Shown: positions 61,455 through 64,000 of the stretch, piece after piece
Position numbering within the stretch: the first letter of the stretch is position 1
Layout of the letters: the number at the start of each line of letters is the position of its first letter
Source: Macrostomum lignano
Taxonomy: Eukaryota
Direction: 5' to 3'
DNA length: 64,000 bases
Assembly (NCBI GenBank): GCA_002269645.1
Contig: NIVC01000251.1
Span: 620,001-684,000 of the forward strand
Notes under the pieces: model-generated
Database searches by the model: none
Seen by the model: the letters and a program-made list of their open reading frames with translations, nothing else
Told to the model about the DNA's origin: nothing
Made by a program: the position numbers and the translations under genes

Positions 61455-64000
61455 GAATCGCCCCTGAACAGCTGAGAGAATCGCCCATGAACAGCTGAGA
61501 GAATCGCCCATGAACAGCTGAGAGAATCGCCCCTCATGAACAGCTAGGAGAATCGCCCCTGAACAGCTGAGAGAATCGCCCTGAACAGCTGGGAGAATCG
61601 CCCCTGAACAGCTGAGAGAATCGCCCTGAACAGCTGGGAGAATCGCCCCTGAACAGCTGAGAGAATCGCCCTGAACAGCTGAGAGAATCGCCCTGAACAG
61701 CTGAGAGAATCGCCCCTAAACAGCTGAGAAAATCACCCATGAACAGCTGAGAGAATCGCCCTGAACAGCTATGAGAATCGCCCCTGAACAGCTGAGAGAA
61801 TCGCCCTGAACAGCTGAGAGAATCGCCCCTGAACAGCTGAGAGAATCACCCCTAAATAGCTGAGAGAATCACCCCTGAACAGCTGAGAGAATCGCCCATG
61901 AACAGCTGAGAGAATCGCCCATGAACAGCTGAGAGAATCACCCCTAAATAGCTGAGAGAATCACCCCTGAACAGCTGAGAGAATCACCCCTGAACAGCTG
62001 AGAGAATCACCCCTGAACAGCTGAGAGAATCACCCCTGAACAGCTGAGAGAATCACCCCTGAACAGCTGAGAGAATCGCCCTTCAGGAACAGCTGAGAGA
62101 ATCACCCCTGAACAGCTGAGAGAATCGCCCTTCAGGAACAGCTGAGAGAATCGCCCTTCAGGAACAGCTGAGAGAATCGCCCTGAACAGCTGAGAGAATC
62201 GCCCTGAACAGCTGAGAGAATCGCCCCTAAACAGCTGAGAGAATCACCCATGAACAGCTGAGAGAATCGCCCTGAACAGCTATGAGAATCGCCCCTGAAC
62301 AGCTGAGAGAATCGCCCTGAACAGCTGAGAGAATCGCCCCTGAACAGCTGAGAGAATCACCCCTAAATAGCTGAGAGAATCACCCCTGAACAGCTGAGAG
62401 AATCGCCCATGAACAGCTGAGAGAATCGCCCATGAACAGCTGAGAGAATCACCCCTAAATAGCTGAGAGAATCACCCCTGAACAGCTGAGAGAATCACCC
62501 CTGAACAGCTGAGAGAATCACCCCTGAACAGCTGAGAGAATCACCCCTGAACAGCTGAGAGAATCACCCCTGAACAGCTGAGAGAATCGCCCTTCAGGAA
62601 CAGCTGAGAGAATCACCCCTGAACAGCTGAGAGAATCGCCCTTCAGGAACAGCTGAGAGAATCGCCCCTGAACAGCTGAGAGAATCGCCCTGAACAGCTG
62701 AGAGAATCGCCCTGAACAGCTGAGAGAATCGCCCCTAAACAGCTGAGAGAATCACCCATGAACAGCTGAGAGAATCGCCCTGAACAGCTATGAGAATCGC
62801 CCCTGAACAGCTGAGAGAATCGCCCTGAACAGCTGAGAGAATCGCCCATGAACAGCTGAGAGAATCACCCCTAAATAGCTGAGAGAATCACCCCTGAACA
62901 GCTGAGAGAATCGCCCATGAACAGCTGAGAGAATCACCCCTGAACAGCTGAGAGAATCACCCCTGAACAGCTGAGAGAATCGCCCTTCAGGAACAGCTGA
63001 GAGAATCACCCCTGAACAGCTGAGAGAATCGCCCTTCAGGAACAGCTGAGAGAATCGCCCCTGAACAGCTGAGAGAATCACCCCTGAACAGCTGAGAGAA
63101 TCGCCCTTCAGGAACAGCTGAGAGAATCACCCCTGAACAGCTGAGAGAATCGCCCTTCAGGAACAGCTGAGAGAATCACCCCTGAAAAGCTGAGAGAATC
63201 GCCCTTCAGGAACAGCTGAGAGAATCGCCCCTGAACAGCTGAGAGAATCACCCCTAAACAGCTGAGAGAATCACCCCTGAAAAGCTGAGAGAATCGCCCT
63301 TCAGGAACAGCTGAGAGAATCACCCCTGAACAGCTGAGAGAATCGCCCCTGAACAGCTGAGAGAATCGCCCCTGAACAGCTGAGAGAATCACCCCTGAAC
63401 AGCTGAGAGAATCACCCCTAAATAGCTGAGAGAATCGCCCTTCAGGAACAGCTGAGAGAATCGCCCTTCAGGAACAGCTGAGAGAATCACCCCTAAATAG
63501 CTGAGAGAATCACCCCTGAACAGCTGAGAGAATCACCCCTGAACAGCTGAGAGAATCACCCCTAAATAGCTGAGAGAATCACCCCTAAATAGCTGAGAGA
63601 ATCGCCCTTCAGGAACAGCTGAGAGAATCGCCCCTGAACAGCTGAGAGAATCACCCCTGAACAGCTGAGAGAATCACCCCTAAATAGCTGAGAGAATCAC
63701 CCCTAAATAGCTGAGAGAATCGCCCTTCAGGAACAGCTGAGAGAATCGCCCTTCAGGAACAGCTGAGAGAATCACCCCTAAATAGCTTAGAGAATCGCCC
63801 TTCAGGAACAGCTGAGAGAATCGCCCTTCAGGAACAGCTGAGAGAATCACCCCTAAATAGCTTAGAGAATCGCCCTTCAGGAACAGCTGAGAGAATCACC
63901 CCTAAATAGCTGAGAGAATCGCCCTTCAGGAACAGCTGAGAGAATCGCCCCTGAACAGCTGAGAGAATCACCCCTGAACAGCTGAGAGAATCACCCCTAA
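61455..64000. repeat. 23-26-bp minisatellite (GAGAATCRCCCCTGAACAGCTGA)n in myosin intron 14, running off the window
   Basis: More than 100 copies with about 510-bp higher-order periodicity. Confidence 0.96.

Overview
Eukaryotic (animal) genomic DNA with GC-rich exons and introns largely filled by minisatellites. The style is compatible with a free-living flatworm such as Macrostomum, but that is inference only. Contents in order: (1) a full-length, TSD-flanked non-LTR retrotransposon on the minus strand (550-5929; ORF1 plus APE-RT-RNase H-CCHC, LOA/I-group-like) with one frameshift; (2) a 3-exon rhodopsin-class peptide GPCR (+; FMRFamide-receptor-like) whose first intron is GC-AG; (3) a 3-exon ONECUT homeobox gene (-); (4) a 10-exon SENP1/2-Ulp1-type SUMO protease (-); (5) a long-tailed class I myosin (MYO1E/F-like, +) running off the right edge inside the SH3 domain. 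All exon chains were joined by hand with consistent splice phases. There are also two non-autonomous TIR transposons with TSDs, two copies of a tRNA-derived SINE and about 30 tandem arrays. Most long ORFs in the supplied track are minisatellite artefacts. Main leads: six intronic arrays in three genes share an AGAATCGCCC core that is always on the sense strand; array base skew follows transcription direction; myosin intron 12 is an open in-frame 3.6-kb array ending in a perfect GTAAGT donor 39 nt before the acceptor; and the first clear myosin coding exon lacks an ATG, which could come from a one-codon exon or from a flatworm spliced-leader AUG.
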